A stretch of 64,000 nucleotides of DNA from Acidilobaceae archaeon (GTDB lineage Archaea > Thermoproteota > Thermoprotei_A > Sulfolobales > Acidilobaceae), in NCBI GenBank assembly GCA_038897215.1, contig JAWAWX010000001.1:736001-800000 (forward strand), given 5' to 3'. The translations under genes were made by a program, and so were the position numbers. Of this stretch, positions 50,240 to 60,132 are shown piece after piece. The notes under the pieces are model-generated. The model saw nothing but the letters and a program-made list of their open reading frames with translations, was not told where the DNA came from and searched no databases. The number at the start of each line of letters is the position of its first letter. The stretch's first letter is position 1.

Positions 50240-50317
50240 TCTTTGTCGGTGCAACGAAGAGTCTCAATATAATCTTGTAAGACTTAGGTTTTTAAAGTCT
50301 CGCGCTTAGACCATTGT

Positions 50318-50396
50318 GGGCCCGTAGCTCAGCCAGGACTAGAGCGCCGGCCTTCTAAGCCGGAGGTCCCGGGTTCAAATCCCGGCGGGCCCGCCA
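50318..50396 (+). tRNA. tRNA-Arg(TCT), CCA encoded
   Basis: GGGCCCG/CGGGCCC acceptor, CTTCTAA loop, TATA-like TTTTTAAA upstream. Confidence 0.95.
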
Positions 50397-50650
50397 CACA
50401 GGATCGCTGGGCTCCAAGGCCGGCACTCATTATTTTCTACAACACTAAACTCTGTACACTAGATCTGTCTCCGAAATGCTCTTGACTATCTAGACGACTT
50501 ACTAGAAATCACTGAGATATTGGGGAAAAAGTAGGATTAGTAACAAGAAGGTGCTCTATGCTTATATTACTTGGTTGTCTACTAGAATTAATCACAATTG
50601 ACACAATAAGTGAATAATTTTCGTGTTTTCAATAGACGGGAAACCATGAC

Positions 50651-51277
50651 TTAAAACTTTATTACCCTTCTTATCTCACTCATGGTAAACCCTGCCTCTA
50701 AGAGAGCATAAACTGCTAGGGTGTATTTTGATCCCATTAGATTGGGTGGCGGATAATTTGTATCTTCTTCCAGAGCTATCCACTTTAGCGTTGATAAAAA
50801 CTCTGTTACGCTAAGCCTAGTTTTCGCATTTAATTCTCTAAAATATCTGTCCACAACGTCTTTTACGGCTTCACGGTCTCTTATTACTCTCAAGACGGCA
50901 TTTATCAAGTGCTCCCTCAACTCGTGTGTCAAGTCTCTAAGCTGAATATACCATCTAGCTAGATCATCATGTGTGGGGACTTTAATTTCGATAAGTTGTC
51001 CTGAGCTAAACCTAGCATACCAGACATAGAAATCACATGGAGATTTTCCATCAGGAATTTGGATAAAGACTTTATAGTCATCAAAATCCTCAACTAAAAT
51101 CACTCTAAAAGTTCTATCGCTACAGATTTTAAACCTCTCATCTAGCACGTGTCTTGTAAGATGTGGTAGAGGGAGCTTTTGAGGAGAGGAATGTAATCCG
51201 TTAATGAAACTTCCGGTAAGTATGGTTCTTTCAACTTGTGGGCGATAAAATTCCCATCTCGCTTCTTTTCGTGGCAA
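50651..51277 (-). CDS. AT-rich hypothetical protein, candidate restriction endonuclease
   Basis: Starts 3 bp after the MTase stop; foreign codon usage; PTHDD and LKWIALEEDTNY stretches. Confidence 0.55.
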   Translation of the reverse strand: MPRKEARWEFYRPQVERTILTGSFINGLHSSPQKLPLPHLTRHVLDERFKICSDRTFRVILVEDFDDYKVFIQIPDGKSPCDFYVWYARFSSGQLIEIKVPTHDDLARWYIQLRDLTHELREHLINAVLRVIRDREAVKDVVDRYFRELNAKTRLSVTEFLSTLKWIALEEDTNYPPPNLMGSKYTLAVYALLEAGFTMSEIRRVIKF

Positions 51278-51280
51278 TTA

Positions 51281-52246
51281 TCACCACCACTTCATGCTAA
51301 GCCTGTACTTCTTAGTGTCCTCGCTTCTGCCTGGCTTGCGGAAGACGAGTAGGTGCTCGTGTGCTATCAGGTAGAAGTCTGCTTTGCGCTCCTCATCCTC
51401 GGGCTCGCAGACCCAGCACTCTTCAGCTGTCCTGGCTACTCCCGCCCACTTCTCTCTCGTCTTCTTCATGTGGTGTTGCACCTTCACTATGTGCTCTTTG
51501 AGTATGAAGCCCGCGTCGAGGAATTGTTGCATTACCCTGAAGCCGATCGGGACGTAGTGCCTGCGGATTCTAGTGTCTCCGATTAGTATAGCGCAGTACC
51601 TGCCGGGCTTGAGGACTCTGTAGCACTCCCCGGCCACCTCTCTGATTCCCCGCAGGTACTCGTCTAGGTCGCGAGCACGCGAGAGGTCGCCCTCGACCGC
51701 GCTCCTGGAGTATGGGATTATGTTGAAGTACGGTGGGTGCGTGGCCACCAGGTCTATGGACTCGTCCTCTATCAGGTCTAGGTTTCTGGCGTCGCCGTGG
51801 TATACTCTCACCTCGGGCTCCCTCCAGCCGGGGTCTAGGGGCTTGTAGGTGAAGTTGAGCCTGTCTAGTGTCAGGATGCAGGCCTCGTAGTTTATATCCA
51901 CCCCTATAGCGTTCCTCCCCAGCAACCTGGCCTCAACTAGGGTAGTCCCGCTACCGCACATCGGGTCTAGGACCCACTCCCCGGGCCTACTATACCTGAT
52001 TATAAGGTTCCGAGCGACCTGAGGAGCCCAGTTACCCCTGTAATCCCCCCTGTGCGTAGCCCAGTCCCCCCTCTTGGGGAAGCTCCAGACGGTAGTCGTC
52101 TCGAGAGCGAAGTCCCGGGGCTGGTACTCTCTTATCTCGTGCCTCTCACCAACCCTTATGACGGCGTCCTCGATGACGACCTCTCTGCGGCTCTTCACGA
52201 ACTCCAAGTACTCCTCGAACGTGACCAGCCTCATCCGCATCTTCAT
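51281..52246 (-). CDS. Amino (N4-C/N6-A) DNA methyltransferase
   Basis: Motif I DPMCGSGTT precedes motif IV THPPY; TVWSFP..GDWATH..YRGNW. Confidence 0.85.
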   Translation of the reverse strand: MKMRMRLVTFEEYLEFVKSRREVVIEDAVIRVGERHEIREYQPRDFALETTTVWSFPKRGDWATHRGDYRGNWAPQVARNLIIRYSRPGEWVLDPMCGSGTTLVEARLLGRNAIGVDINYEACILTLDRLNFTYKPLDPGWREPEVRVYHGDARNLDLIEDESIDLVATHPPYFNIIPYSRSAVEGDLSRARDLDEYLRGIREVAGECYRVLKPGRYCAILIGDTRIRRHYVPIGFRVMQQFLDAGFILKEHIVKVQHHMKKTREKWAGVARTAEECWVCEPEDEERKADFYLIAHEHLLVFRKPGRSEDTKKYRLSMKWW

Positions 52247-52531
52247 GCTACTCCCATGTATTATTTATATTAGAGTATCTTATTAAGCCTTAATAGCAAG
52301 AAAACAGGGTATTTTAATGATTTGAAGGCTCAAAAGCCGTAGGTGTGATGTGCAATACTCTTCTATGAGATGAACGAGATAGGACATATTAAACGATATC
52401 GAATTAAATATAACTTCAAGTTATAGTACATAGAGGCGTTAAGTTTTTGTAATGTTTCTGCAATAGCCTTACTCTAGAATAATAGCTAATTTAGGTTTTT
52501 AATCTCTGTGGGGTGACTGTTCCGATTTGTG

Positions 52532-52828
52532 TTAAGACTCGGCTCTTGTTCTGGCTATCACTATCTCTATAGCTGAAACTCTTCTAGTTCTGCCGCTACT
52601 GTCTTTGTGGTACTCACTGAAGATCCTGATGTCTTTCACGTTAGTTGAAGGCAGGGTTTTGCGTATTCTTTCAGCTACCTCGACTGCTTTCGCTATATTG
52701 TTGCCTCTAGCTTTCACGACTATCTCGCTGAAGCCCTCTTGGCTCAGCATTCTTACAGCAGCTATCACGTAGTTAGATACGGGTTTGCCTCCAACCATCA
52801 CAGCGTTTACTGGATGAGGGGAGACCAC
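52532..52828 (-). CDS. alba: DNA/RNA-binding protein Alba
   Basis: VGGKPVSNYV, KARGNNIAKAVEVAE, VSAIEI. Confidence 0.92.
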   Translation of the reverse strand: MVSPHPVNAVMVGGKPVSNYVIAAVRMLSQEGFSEIVVKARGNNIAKAVEVAERIRKTLPSTNVKDIRIFSEYHKDSSGRTRRVSAIEIVIARTRAES

Positions 52829-52889
52829 TTAGGACACCCTTAGGGTAGAATATGCTAAACGTATATAAGCTTGTCTAGCGGGACTTTCG

Positions 52890-53666
52890 TCAAGGCCAAG
52901 CTGTCCTAGATGATGCTCCATCGAACAGCACCACTGCTCCCGTCAGGTACTCTGGCGATCTCAGGAGCCCGGCTACGAAGTCTCTGAGCTCAGCCAGGCT
53001 CCCGGCTCTCCTCAGGGGGCTCCTGGCCTCGACCTCTCTCCTCCATAGCTCGCGGGGGTCTTCTCCTCTAGAGCGAGCTAGAGCCTCTATCGTCCTCTTA
53101 GCTCCAGGAGTCTCGAAGCTTCCAAGAACCAGGAGTATTGTTCTCAGCTTGTCGGGATAGCTTCTAGCAGCAACCTTCAGGATTCTCGAGAGCCCGGCTC
53201 TTGTAGCGTCTGAGACCACGAGGGGGCTCATGGGTTCAGCTACGCTGAAGCTTGTGACAGCGAGAAGGAGAGCTCTCGCTGGGTTCAGCTCTACGAGCTT
53301 CTTGATCACGAGAGCAGTGCTAGCCAGGTATAGTTGCGCTGCTTCAATCCAGTCCTCCCACTCGGCTTCGTGAACGTAGAGAGGCTCTCGAGAAGGGTTA
53401 CCGTAGCTTAGAGTAACGTAGTCGAGTCTACCGAACCACTCGAAGGCAGACTCTAGAAGCTTCTCTACGTCGCTCTTGCTCCGCATATCGCACTTGACTG
53501 GTAGGACCTCGACTCCGTAGGCCTCAGAGATCTCTCTAGCTGCCGCTCTGAGAGACTCGATGCTCCTAGACGCTACTACGAGAGAGCAGGAGAGAGACGC
53601 CTGGGCTTCAGCGAGAGCTCTCCCAACTCCTCTACTCGAAGCTGTGGCGAGCCCGTAGCAGGCCAC
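52890..53666 (-). CDS. SDR family oxidoreductase (atypical)
   Basis: TASSRGVG, SDATRAGL, YLTG..FDG. Confidence 0.85.
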   Translation of the reverse strand: MACYGLATASSRGVGRALAEAQASLSCSLVVASRSIESLRAAAREISEAYGVEVLPVKCDMRSKSDVEKLLESAFEWFGRLDYVTLSYGNPSREPLYVHEAEWEDWIEAAQLYLASTALVIKKLVELNPARALLLAVTSFSVAEPMSPLVVSDATRAGLSRILKVAARSYPDKLRTILLVLGSFETPGAKRTIEALARSRGEDPRELWRREVEARSPLRRAGSLAELRDFVAGLLRSPEYLTGAVVLFDGASSRTAWP

Positions 53667-53742
53667 CGCTTAGACCCTGCGTGTTCTCAGGCGCTCAAGG
53701 AGCTATAAGCTCCAAGCGGTCTAGATCAAGACGGTTGAGAGA

Positions 53743-54018
53743 GTGACGAAGATAACAGTCCTCAAGCGCGATGGGAGACAGGAGGAGTTCGTCCCTGAGA
53801 AGATTGTCGTGAGTTGCATGAAGGCAGGAGCTCCCCCAGACGTGGCTAGAAAGATAGCTAAGATAGTTGAAGCCAGGCTTCTCGAAGCAGGAGCTACCAC
53901 AGTGGAGGCTAGAGACTTGACTAGAATGATTCTAGACCTTCTCAGAAAAGAGAACGAGGAGTGGTACAGGAACTGGATTGTGTTCGATAGAGCAGTGAAG
54001 AGGCGGAAGACGGAGTAG
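53743..54018 (+). CDS. Stand-alone ATP-cone domain protein
   Basis: VLKRDGRQEEFVPEKI motif. Confidence 0.85.
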   Translation: MTKITVLKRDGRQEEFVPEKIVVSCMKAGAPPDVARKIAKIVEARLLEAGATTVEARDLTRMILDLLRKENEEWYRNWIVFDRAVKRRKTE

Positions 54019-54053
54019 GCCTAGCGGGCCTCTCCCGGGATATCTTTTCTCCC

Positions 54054-55334
54054 CTATCTTCCTCGATGTAGGAGCGCGTAGAGCAGACCTCTAGCCCCCC
54101 CTATCACGATAGCCGGGCGGAAAGACGCGGCAGCTAGAGCGGCTATGATGACCGTGTAGACTAGAGAGAAGGCAACGTAGACCAGAGCCTTAGAGACAGA
54201 CCCGCTGAGAGCGAGCATTGCTGCTCTCGCTGGAAGGTAGATGGGGGATAGAGCGAAGACTGCCTCGAGAACAGCTGATGGCTCGAAGCCCAGTAGTAGC
54301 GGGAAGAGGGGAGCTATCATCACCAGCGCTACATAAGACCCTGTCGTCAGCGCTCCCCTGATATCGCCCGCGAAGAGGACCCCTAAGATTACCCCTACTA
54401 GAGAGCCTATGACTGTCACCAGCACCAGCGAGAAGGCGGCTAGAGCTATGCCGGACGCGCCGACACCTAGCTGGCTCAAGCTAGCTGCGATGAGTTCCCC
54501 TAGGCTGGTCTCTGCTCCGGCGATGCTCACTGAGAGGGCTTGAGCGAACCCAAGCATGTACACCAGGAGGCCGACTGTCAGGCTGGCTATAGAGAGGAGG
54601 CTGACGGCCACGACTCCTCCCGCTTTGCTAACGACGACGTGCCAGCGGGGAACGGGTAGTACGAGGAGGCTCTCGATTGTTCTCGCTTCTCTCTCTATCC
54701 CCACGCTTAGCGCTCCGACCTGGACGGACGTCACGGTTAGAGCTAGCGCTACGACTAGAACGCCTAGATAGATGTTGAGTAGCGCTACTTGAGCCTCGAT
54801 AGAGAACACTTTATCGCCCAAGATCATCTCCTGCGATACAGCTATGGGTTGCGCTATGAGCGTAGCGTTTATCCCATAGACCTCGGCTAGTAGGAGAGAC
54901 GCGGCTCGGTTAACTTCTATGCTCGCGCTTTCCGCGAGCATGTAGAACGTTATGCTGAGAGGATTGTCTGCTACTATCTTCAGCGTCACTGACGCTGGAG
55001 AGCCGGTCTCGAGAGCTTTCCCGAAGCCCTTGTGCACAACTATCAGCACTCTATAGCCGCTGGCATCGCAGTCCGCGACCTCAGCTCCTAGGAGGTCAGC
55101 GAACCTCTTAGCGAGCGCGTCTCCCGAGTCCTCTAGGCAGACTAGAGTGCCGGGCGGTAGCCCTCCTGCTCCGGTCTCCTCGAACTGCTGAGCTATCCCT
55201 CCGAAGGCCAAGAGTGCTATCAGCCCCATTATTGTGAGAGCTATGAAGGGAGCCAGGATGACGCTGAATAGAATGTAGCGGTCTCTGAGGAGACTCTTAA
55301 GCTCCTTAACCAAGACGGCTTTGAGAGCGCTCAC
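54054..55334 (-). CDS. ABC-2 type exporter permease (NatB-like)
   Basis: KELKSLLRD, EREARTIESLLVLP, multiple TMs. Confidence 0.85.
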   Translation of the reverse strand: MSALKAVLVKELKSLLRDRYILFSVILAPFIALTIMGLIALLAFGGIAQQFEETGAGGLPPGTLVCLEDSGDALAKRFADLLGAEVADCDASGYRVLIVVHKGFGKALETGSPASVTLKIVADNPLSITFYMLAESASIEVNRAASLLLAEVYGINATLIAQPIAVSQEMILGDKVFSIEAQVALLNIYLGVLVVALALTVTSVQVGALSVGIEREARTIESLLVLPVPRWHVVVSKAGGVVAVSLLSIASLTVGLLVYMLGFAQALSVSIAGAETSLGELIAASLSQLGVGASGIALAAFSLVLVTVIGSLVGVILGVLFAGDIRGALTTGSYVALVMIAPLFPLLLGFEPSAVLEAVFALSPIYLPARAAMLALSGSVSKALVYVAFSLVYTVIIAALAAASFRPAIVIGGARGLLYALLHRGR

Positions 55335-56074
55335 ATCGAGCCACCCGTTATCTTAACGAATGCTTCCTCGAGATTCCTGACTCTATGCTTCGCAATGATC
55401 TCCTTTGGTGACCCCTCTTCAACTATGACTCCACGGTTGATTAGCGCTACTCTATCGCATAGATATTCGACTTCCAGCATGTTGTGGCTCGAGATGATGG
55501 CGGTTGCGTCTCTAGACTTAACGTAGTCAGCGATAGCGTTTCTCACGAATAAAGCGTGCGAGACATCGAGGCCAGCCGTGGGCTCATCGAGAACCAGGAG
55601 AGTAGGCTCGACGGCAAGCGATGCCGCTACAAGAAGCCTTCTCTTCATCCCCTTGCTGTACTCCTCTACTCTCTTCCTCACAGCGTCTCCTAGCCCGGTC
55701 AAGGTCACGCCTTTCTCTACAGCTTCAGCACCGGCTCCGTATACCTCGGCTATGAACTCCAGGTACTCGAGACCCGTTAGCCCCTTGACTACGCCGGCCT
55801 CCTCTGGAACGTAAGCGATCCTCTTCTTAACCTGGAGAGGCAGATCGTAGCTCTCGTAGCCCAGCACTCTAACAGACCCCGAATCGGGCTTCAGCAAGCC
55901 TACTATCATGCGCAAGGTCGTAGTCTTACCGGCTCCGTTGGGGCCGACGATGCAGAATATTTCTCCGCTACACACTCTAAAGGAGAGCTCAGAGACAGCG
56001 ATAACGTTCCCGAATCTCTTGCTCGCCTTATCAACCACTACTACTTCTTGAGAACACCGAGTCACCAGCACCAC
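55331..56074 (-). CDS. ABC exporter ATPase
   Basis: GPNGAGKTT, YSKGMKRR, LDEPTAGLD, SSH. Confidence 0.92.
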   Translation of the reverse strand: MVLVTRCSQEVVVVDKASKRFGNVIAVSELSFRVCSGEIFCIVGPNGAGKTTTLRMIVGLLKPDSGSVRVLGYESYDLPLQVKKRIAYVPEEAGVVKGLTGLEYLEFIAEVYGAGAEAVEKGVTLTGLGDAVRKRVEEYSKGMKRRLLVAASLAVEPTLLVLDEPTAGLDVSHALFVRNAIADYVKSRDATAIISSHNMLEVEYLCDRVALINRGVIVEEGSPKEIIAKHRVRNLEEAFVKITGGSM

Positions 56075-56308
56075 CCGAGCACTCGCTCAGACCCTAGAGC
56101 TTTAGAGTAATTATTACTTAAACAAGGTTCATTGCCTTAGTTGAAGGAGAACCCTCCGGAAAGATAGCTGCAAGAGAAGAGGCGGGTCGTAGCGTGAGAT
56201 CACGGGGCATCTCACAACTCTAAGAGCAGCGAGTAGCTTCACTCGTGGCGGTGGAGTGGCGATAAAAAGCCTGCAACTCTTCTTGTGAGCAATAAGGGTG
56301 CTGGTCTG

Positions 56309-56590
56309 ATGGCTGTTGTGAGAGCGCACGTCTTTGTGAGAGGGCTGGTTCAAGGTGTCTTCTTCAGAGCTCACGTGAAGAAGCTGGCTGATAGCCTCGG
56401 GGTAAAAGGGTGGGTTAGAAACCTCCCAGATGGCGAGACTGTAGAGCTCGTGGCTGAGGGCGAGAGAGACTCCGTAGAGAAGCTCGTATGCTGGTGTCTT
56501 AGAGGGCCTCCTCTAGCGCGAGTTCTAGAGGTTTCCGTCAAGTTCGCTGAGCCAACAGGCGAATTCAAGGACTTCAAGATCCTACGTTAG
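56309..56590 (+). CDS. acyP: Acylphosphatase
   Basis: GLVQGVFFR, GWVRN, GPPLARV. Confidence 0.93.
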   Translation: MAVVRAHVFVRGLVQGVFFRAHVKKLADSLGVKGWVRNLPDGETVELVAEGERDSVEKLVCWCLRGPPLARVLEVSVKFAEPTGEFKDFKILR

Positions 56591-56626
56591 CCTTAGCTTT
56601 TCGATTTTAAGGCTCTAGCGGCTTGC

Positions 56627-57700
56627 GTGAGCACGGTGAGAGAGTTCGCTGTTGCTAAGAGGAGAGTCCAAGTAGTTGGTAGGTCAACGTTCATAGTGTC
56701 TCTACCCAAGAGTTGGGCTAGCAGAGCGGGTCTATCCAGAGGCTCCTATGTTTACATCGAAGAGATGCCCGATGGGAGTCTCCGAGTGACAGCAGAGAGA
56801 CCGCGCGAAGAGCTTGGCTGGATGACTAGAGTGGTTGATGCGAGAGGCTCGAGTTTAGAGGATGCAGTGAGAGACGTGATCTCATCTTATATAGCTGGGT
56901 ACGATTCGATAGTGGTTCTCTACGATGAGGAGAAGGAGGAGCTCTCCTGGAAGCTCGTTGAGGTTTGTGGAGAGAGATTAGCGGACTTGCTAGTAGTTAG
57001 TGAAAACCCGGGCATGATAGTCTTCTCGATAGCGCGAAGACAGAGAGCAGGTAATCTAGCTAAACTATCTTCGCTCATGGTGAGAGCTATCCTAGAGATC
57101 ACTGATGAACTAGTGGAGAGTGCTAGAAAACGCGATATCGAGAAGCTCAGGTCTCTCCGCGATAGAGACAATATAGTCGATAAGATCTACTTCATGATGA
57201 CTAAAACCTTATCTAAGACACTCTCGGGCGAGATATCTCTAGCCGAGGCTGGCGTCAAGTCTTACGTCGAGATCCTTCATCTCTACCACGCTGCCAAGAC
57301 TCTAGAGAGGCTATCAGACCACCTCTCTTCAGCTTCGCAGACTCTAGCTAAGCTGTTCTCTTCTCAGAAAGAGCTCTCAGAAGAAGCTCTAGCTCTGATA
57401 GAGGAGACGGTCAAGATTGAGAAAGAGATGCTAAGCGCGTTCCTGAAGCTTGATGTGAGACAGGCTAAGGTAGCAGCAGCGTCCAGCGAGGCTTTAAGGA
57501 GAAAACTCGAAAGATATCTAGCTGAGGAGAGCGATGCCGACAAGCACTCGATAGCTCTCGACTTCTACAGAGTAGCTAGCTACACTTTGGATATAGCAGA
57601 GATAGTCATAGACATAAATTCTGTGAGAGAACTCCTCCAATCTAGAGCCAGATACATAACCGAGCTATCGAAGATAAGCACTAGCATAGAGAACAGGTGA
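56627..57700 (+). CDS. AbrB-PhoU family phosphate uptake regulator
   Basis: RRVQVVGRSTFIVSLPKSW, SYIAGYD, LERLSDH. Confidence 0.85.
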   Translation: MSTVREFAVAKRRVQVVGRSTFIVSLPKSWASRAGLSRGSYVYIEEMPDGSLRVTAERPREELGWMTRVVDARGSSLEDAVRDVISSYIAGYDSIVVLYDEEKEELSWKLVEVCGERLADLLVVSENPGMIVFSIARRQRAGNLAKLSSLMVRAILEITDELVESARKRDIEKLRSLRDRDNIVDKIYFMMTKTLSKTLSGEISLAEAGVKSYVEILHLYHAAKTLERLSDHLSSASQTLAKLFSSQKELSEEALALIEETVKIEKEMLSAFLKLDVRQAKVAAASSEALRRKLERYLAEESDADKHSIALDFYRVASYTLDIAEIVIDINSVRELLQSRARYITELSKISTSIENR

Positions 57701-57736
57701 GGATGAGTAGAGGGAAAGTAGAGCAGACCCGAGGCA

Positions 57737-58198
57737 GTGGGGATTCTTGCAATGTCTCTGCAGCCATGGAGAATAGTGTTGCTTCCAATAGACACGCTAA
57801 AGCCGCATGAGGAGGTAGAGGAGCATAAAGTGCTAGAACTCTCTTCCGCCTTGGAGTCCATAGGGGAGGTTCGCTCAGCTATACTAGTAGACTCTAAGAC
57901 TTTAGTGATACTGGATGGACACCACCGCGTAGAAGCCTTGAAGCTCCTAGGGTGCAAGCTGGTTCCAGCTCTTCTAGTAGACTATGATAGTGACTGCGTG
58001 CAGGTATCCTCCTGGAGAGTTGGGACTAGTGTAGCGAAAGACGATGTTCGGAGAGCGGGACTCCAGGGGTCCTTGATGCCTCCTAAGACTAGCAGACACT
58101 CTATATGCATTCAGCCACCTCAGCTAAGTGTCTCTCTCGCAGAGCTGAGAGATTCTCGAAGAGCATACGAGGTCTTAGTAAACCTACAAGCGCCTTAG
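57737..58198 (+). CDS. ParB/sulfiredoxin N-terminal domain protein
   Basis: LKPHE, ILDGHHR, PPKTSRH. Confidence 0.8.
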   Translation: MGILAMSLQPWRIVLLPIDTLKPHEEVEEHKVLELSSALESIGEVRSAILVDSKTLVILDGHHRVEALKLLGCKLVPALLVDYDSDCVQVSSWRVGTSVAKDDVRRAGLQGSLMPPKTSRHSICIQPPQLSVSLAELRDSRRAYEVLVNLQAP

Positions 58199-58255
58199 AT
58201 CGTAAGACTCTAACGTTATTAAGGCTCAGTGATATTGAGACGCGGGGGCTAGATT

Positions 58256-58480
58256 TTGTACACAGCTCATATAGGCATAGGCCCTCTAGGTCTTCCAGAG
58301 CTTCTCGTAATATTGCTTATAATACTCTTGATCTTCGGAGCAACAAAGCTACCCGAGCTAGCTAGGGCTCTAGGCCAGTCGGTCAAAGAGTTTAGGAAGT
58401 CTCTCTCCGAGGAGTCTACAGAAAAGCAGGCTGAGAAACCCACGAGAGAGGAGAAAAGCAGTAAGTCTAGCGAGGCTTGA
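58256..58480 (+). CDS. tatA: Twin-arginine translocase TatA
   Basis: [31 protein letters not shown]. Confidence 0.92.
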   Translation: MYTAHIGIGPLGLPELLVILLIILLIFGATKLPELARALGQSVKEFRKSLSEESTEKQAEKPTREEKSSKSSEA

Positions 58481-59450
58481 AGGGGATCAAGTCAACCATA
58501 GTCAGCAAGCCGGGACCGTAAGACCCTATTCTCTCAGCTAGGCTTAGAACGACAGCAACTGTTCCAGCATCGCCAGGAGTCCCGCTACTCCTCCAGGTCA
58601 CGCTATAGTCTCTTCCCTCAACCAGAATCTCCTCGTACTCAGGTGCACCCACGTAGGCCTCAAACTCTACTCTAGCTACCTCTACCTCTCCGTCTCCATA
58701 GGCTACTCCTCTACCCCGGATGCCTCTAACTCTCCCCTTCTCTACTTTGACTCCTCGCGACTCAACCGGAGACTCTGCTATCACGGGCTCCTGGCTCTCT
58801 ACTACTCTCCTAGGCTGAATCCCCAGAGCGTCCGCTATCAGTGCTGCAGACTCAGCGTATCCGACGTGGCCCGTCAAGGACCCCGATGCCAGCCCTAAGG
58901 CTACCTCATGGGGGTCCAGCCCTACTCCGATCTTCTTCCTGAACGGCTCTCTTCTCGAAGCAGCATCCACACTCCTTCTAGCGACTACTCTCCTAACTCC
59001 AGGCACCGAGGCTGCTATCGTTACCGCGAGAGTATCTAGGAGAAAGCCTGGGTTTATCCCTGTCCCTATGACAGCCACGTTATGCCTAACCGCTAGCTCA
59101 TCGAGCCTCCTAGCTAGCACCGGGTATTTTAGCCAGGGGTAGGATAGAGTCTCACAGGTCGATACTACGTCTGCCCCCATCTTGATGCTAGCGACTATCT
59201 GGTCATAGACTCTGTCTAGATAGGAGCCCGTAGCGTGAAGTATCACCTCAGCTCCTCTTAGAGCAGAGACTTCCCTAGAGACTCTAACCGTCACTTCTTC
59301 TACTCCGATCACCTCGCCAACGCTTCTCCCAACTAGAGCTGGGTCAACGTCTACTACCCCGACGATCTCGAAGCCTCTAGACAAGGCTTCTCTAGCTAGA
59401 AGTCTCCCGATAGAGCCGAAGCCGTAGATCCCCACGAGGAGAGACGCCAA
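58467..59450 (-). CDS. NAD(P)-dependent amine dehydrogenase / dihydrodipicolinate reductase-like protein
   Basis: [26 protein letters not shown]. Confidence 0.75.
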   Translation of the reverse strand: MASLLVGIYGFGSIGRLLAREALSRGFEIVGVVDVDPALVGRSVGEVIGVEEVTVRVSREVSALRGAEVILHATGSYLDRVYDQIVASIKMGADVVSTCETLSYPWLKYPVLARRLDELAVRHNVAVIGTGINPGFLLDTLAVTIAASVPGVRRVVARRSVDAASRREPFRKKIGVGLDPHEVALGLASGSLTGHVGYAESAALIADALGIQPRRVVESQEPVIAESPVESRGVKVEKGRVRGIRGRGVAYGDGEVEVARVEFEAYVGAPEYEEILVEGRDYSVTWRSSGTPGDAGTVAVVLSLAERIGSYGPGLLTMVDLIPFKPR

Positions 59451-59540
59451 CTCCGACCCCTCTCGAATTAAGCCCTGTCCCCCTACAAACGTGGACGAAT
59501 ATAAGCTCCACGCTCAGCACTATAGCCGGGGGCTCGCGTA

Positions 59541-59873
59541 GTGGAGAGCAATAAGCCTAGATTCTACCTGAGGGTCCACGTTCTCCCACTAGGAGGGCTC
59601 ATGGCATCCATAGTCGATGAAGAGAGTCTAGGCGTAGTCGAGAGAGACCATGAGAAAGGCTTAGTCATAGACGTGTCTGAGCACTTCTATAAGGGAGACT
59701 TGGTTGATGAAGAGGGAGCTCTTAAAGCAATGGATGAAGCTGAGGTGATGATACTAGTTGGAAGGAGAGCCGTCAGCCTAGGGATTAGAGCAGGCTATGT
59801 ACATCAGGATGCCGTTCTAAAAGTCGGCTCTCTCGAGTATGCTCAAGTATTCAAGTTCAGAGAGCATTATTAG
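59541..59873 (+). CDS. DUF424 family protein
   Basis: DEESLG, VSEHFYKG, LVGRRAV pattern. Confidence 0.75.
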   Translation: MESNKPRFYLRVHVLPLGGLMASIVDEESLGVVERDHEKGLVIDVSEHFYKGDLVDEEGALKAMDEAEVMILVGRRAVSLGIRAGYVHQDAVLKVGSLEYAQVFKFREHY

Positions 59874-59893
59874 CGCTCGCAACCTATCCTAAG

Positions 59894-59962
59894 CTCTGGA
59901 TGATGTAGTGCGCTAAGACCGACTAGATGGACTAGTGAGGAGGTTATCCCCGGCTGACAGGG
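59894..59962 (+). ncRNA. C/D box guide sRNA
   Basis: ATGATGT-guide-CCGA-hairpin-GTGAGGA-GGTTATCCCCGG-CTGA with CTCTG/CAGGG terminal stem. Confidence 0.8.
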
Positions 59963-59987
59963 GGGAGCCCTACTATCCTGTGGTGTG

Positions 59988-60089
59988 TGGTGGGCCCGGA
60001 GGGATTCGAACCCCCGACCTACGGGTCTGGAGCCCCGGCCTCGAACTCGGCGTCGAGTCCGCCGCTCTGCCTGGCTGAGCTACGGGCCC
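59988..60089 (-). tRNA. tRNA-Trp(CCA) with 25-nt non-canonical 30/31 intron (60034-60058), CCA encoded
   Basis: Cloverleaf restored on removing the intron; hBHBh' with CGGC/GCCG central helix. Confidence 0.92.
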
Positions 60090-60132
60090 TTCCACTACTT
60101 AGATATAGGTACTGATTGGAGGGTAATTAAGC

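Larger units (their letters stand above)
50400..52500. mobile_element. AT-rich islet at the tRNA-Arg 3' end carrying a putative restriction-modification pair
   Basis: Abrupt AT-rich flanks and partner gene; no integrase or att duplication seen. Confidence 0.5.
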
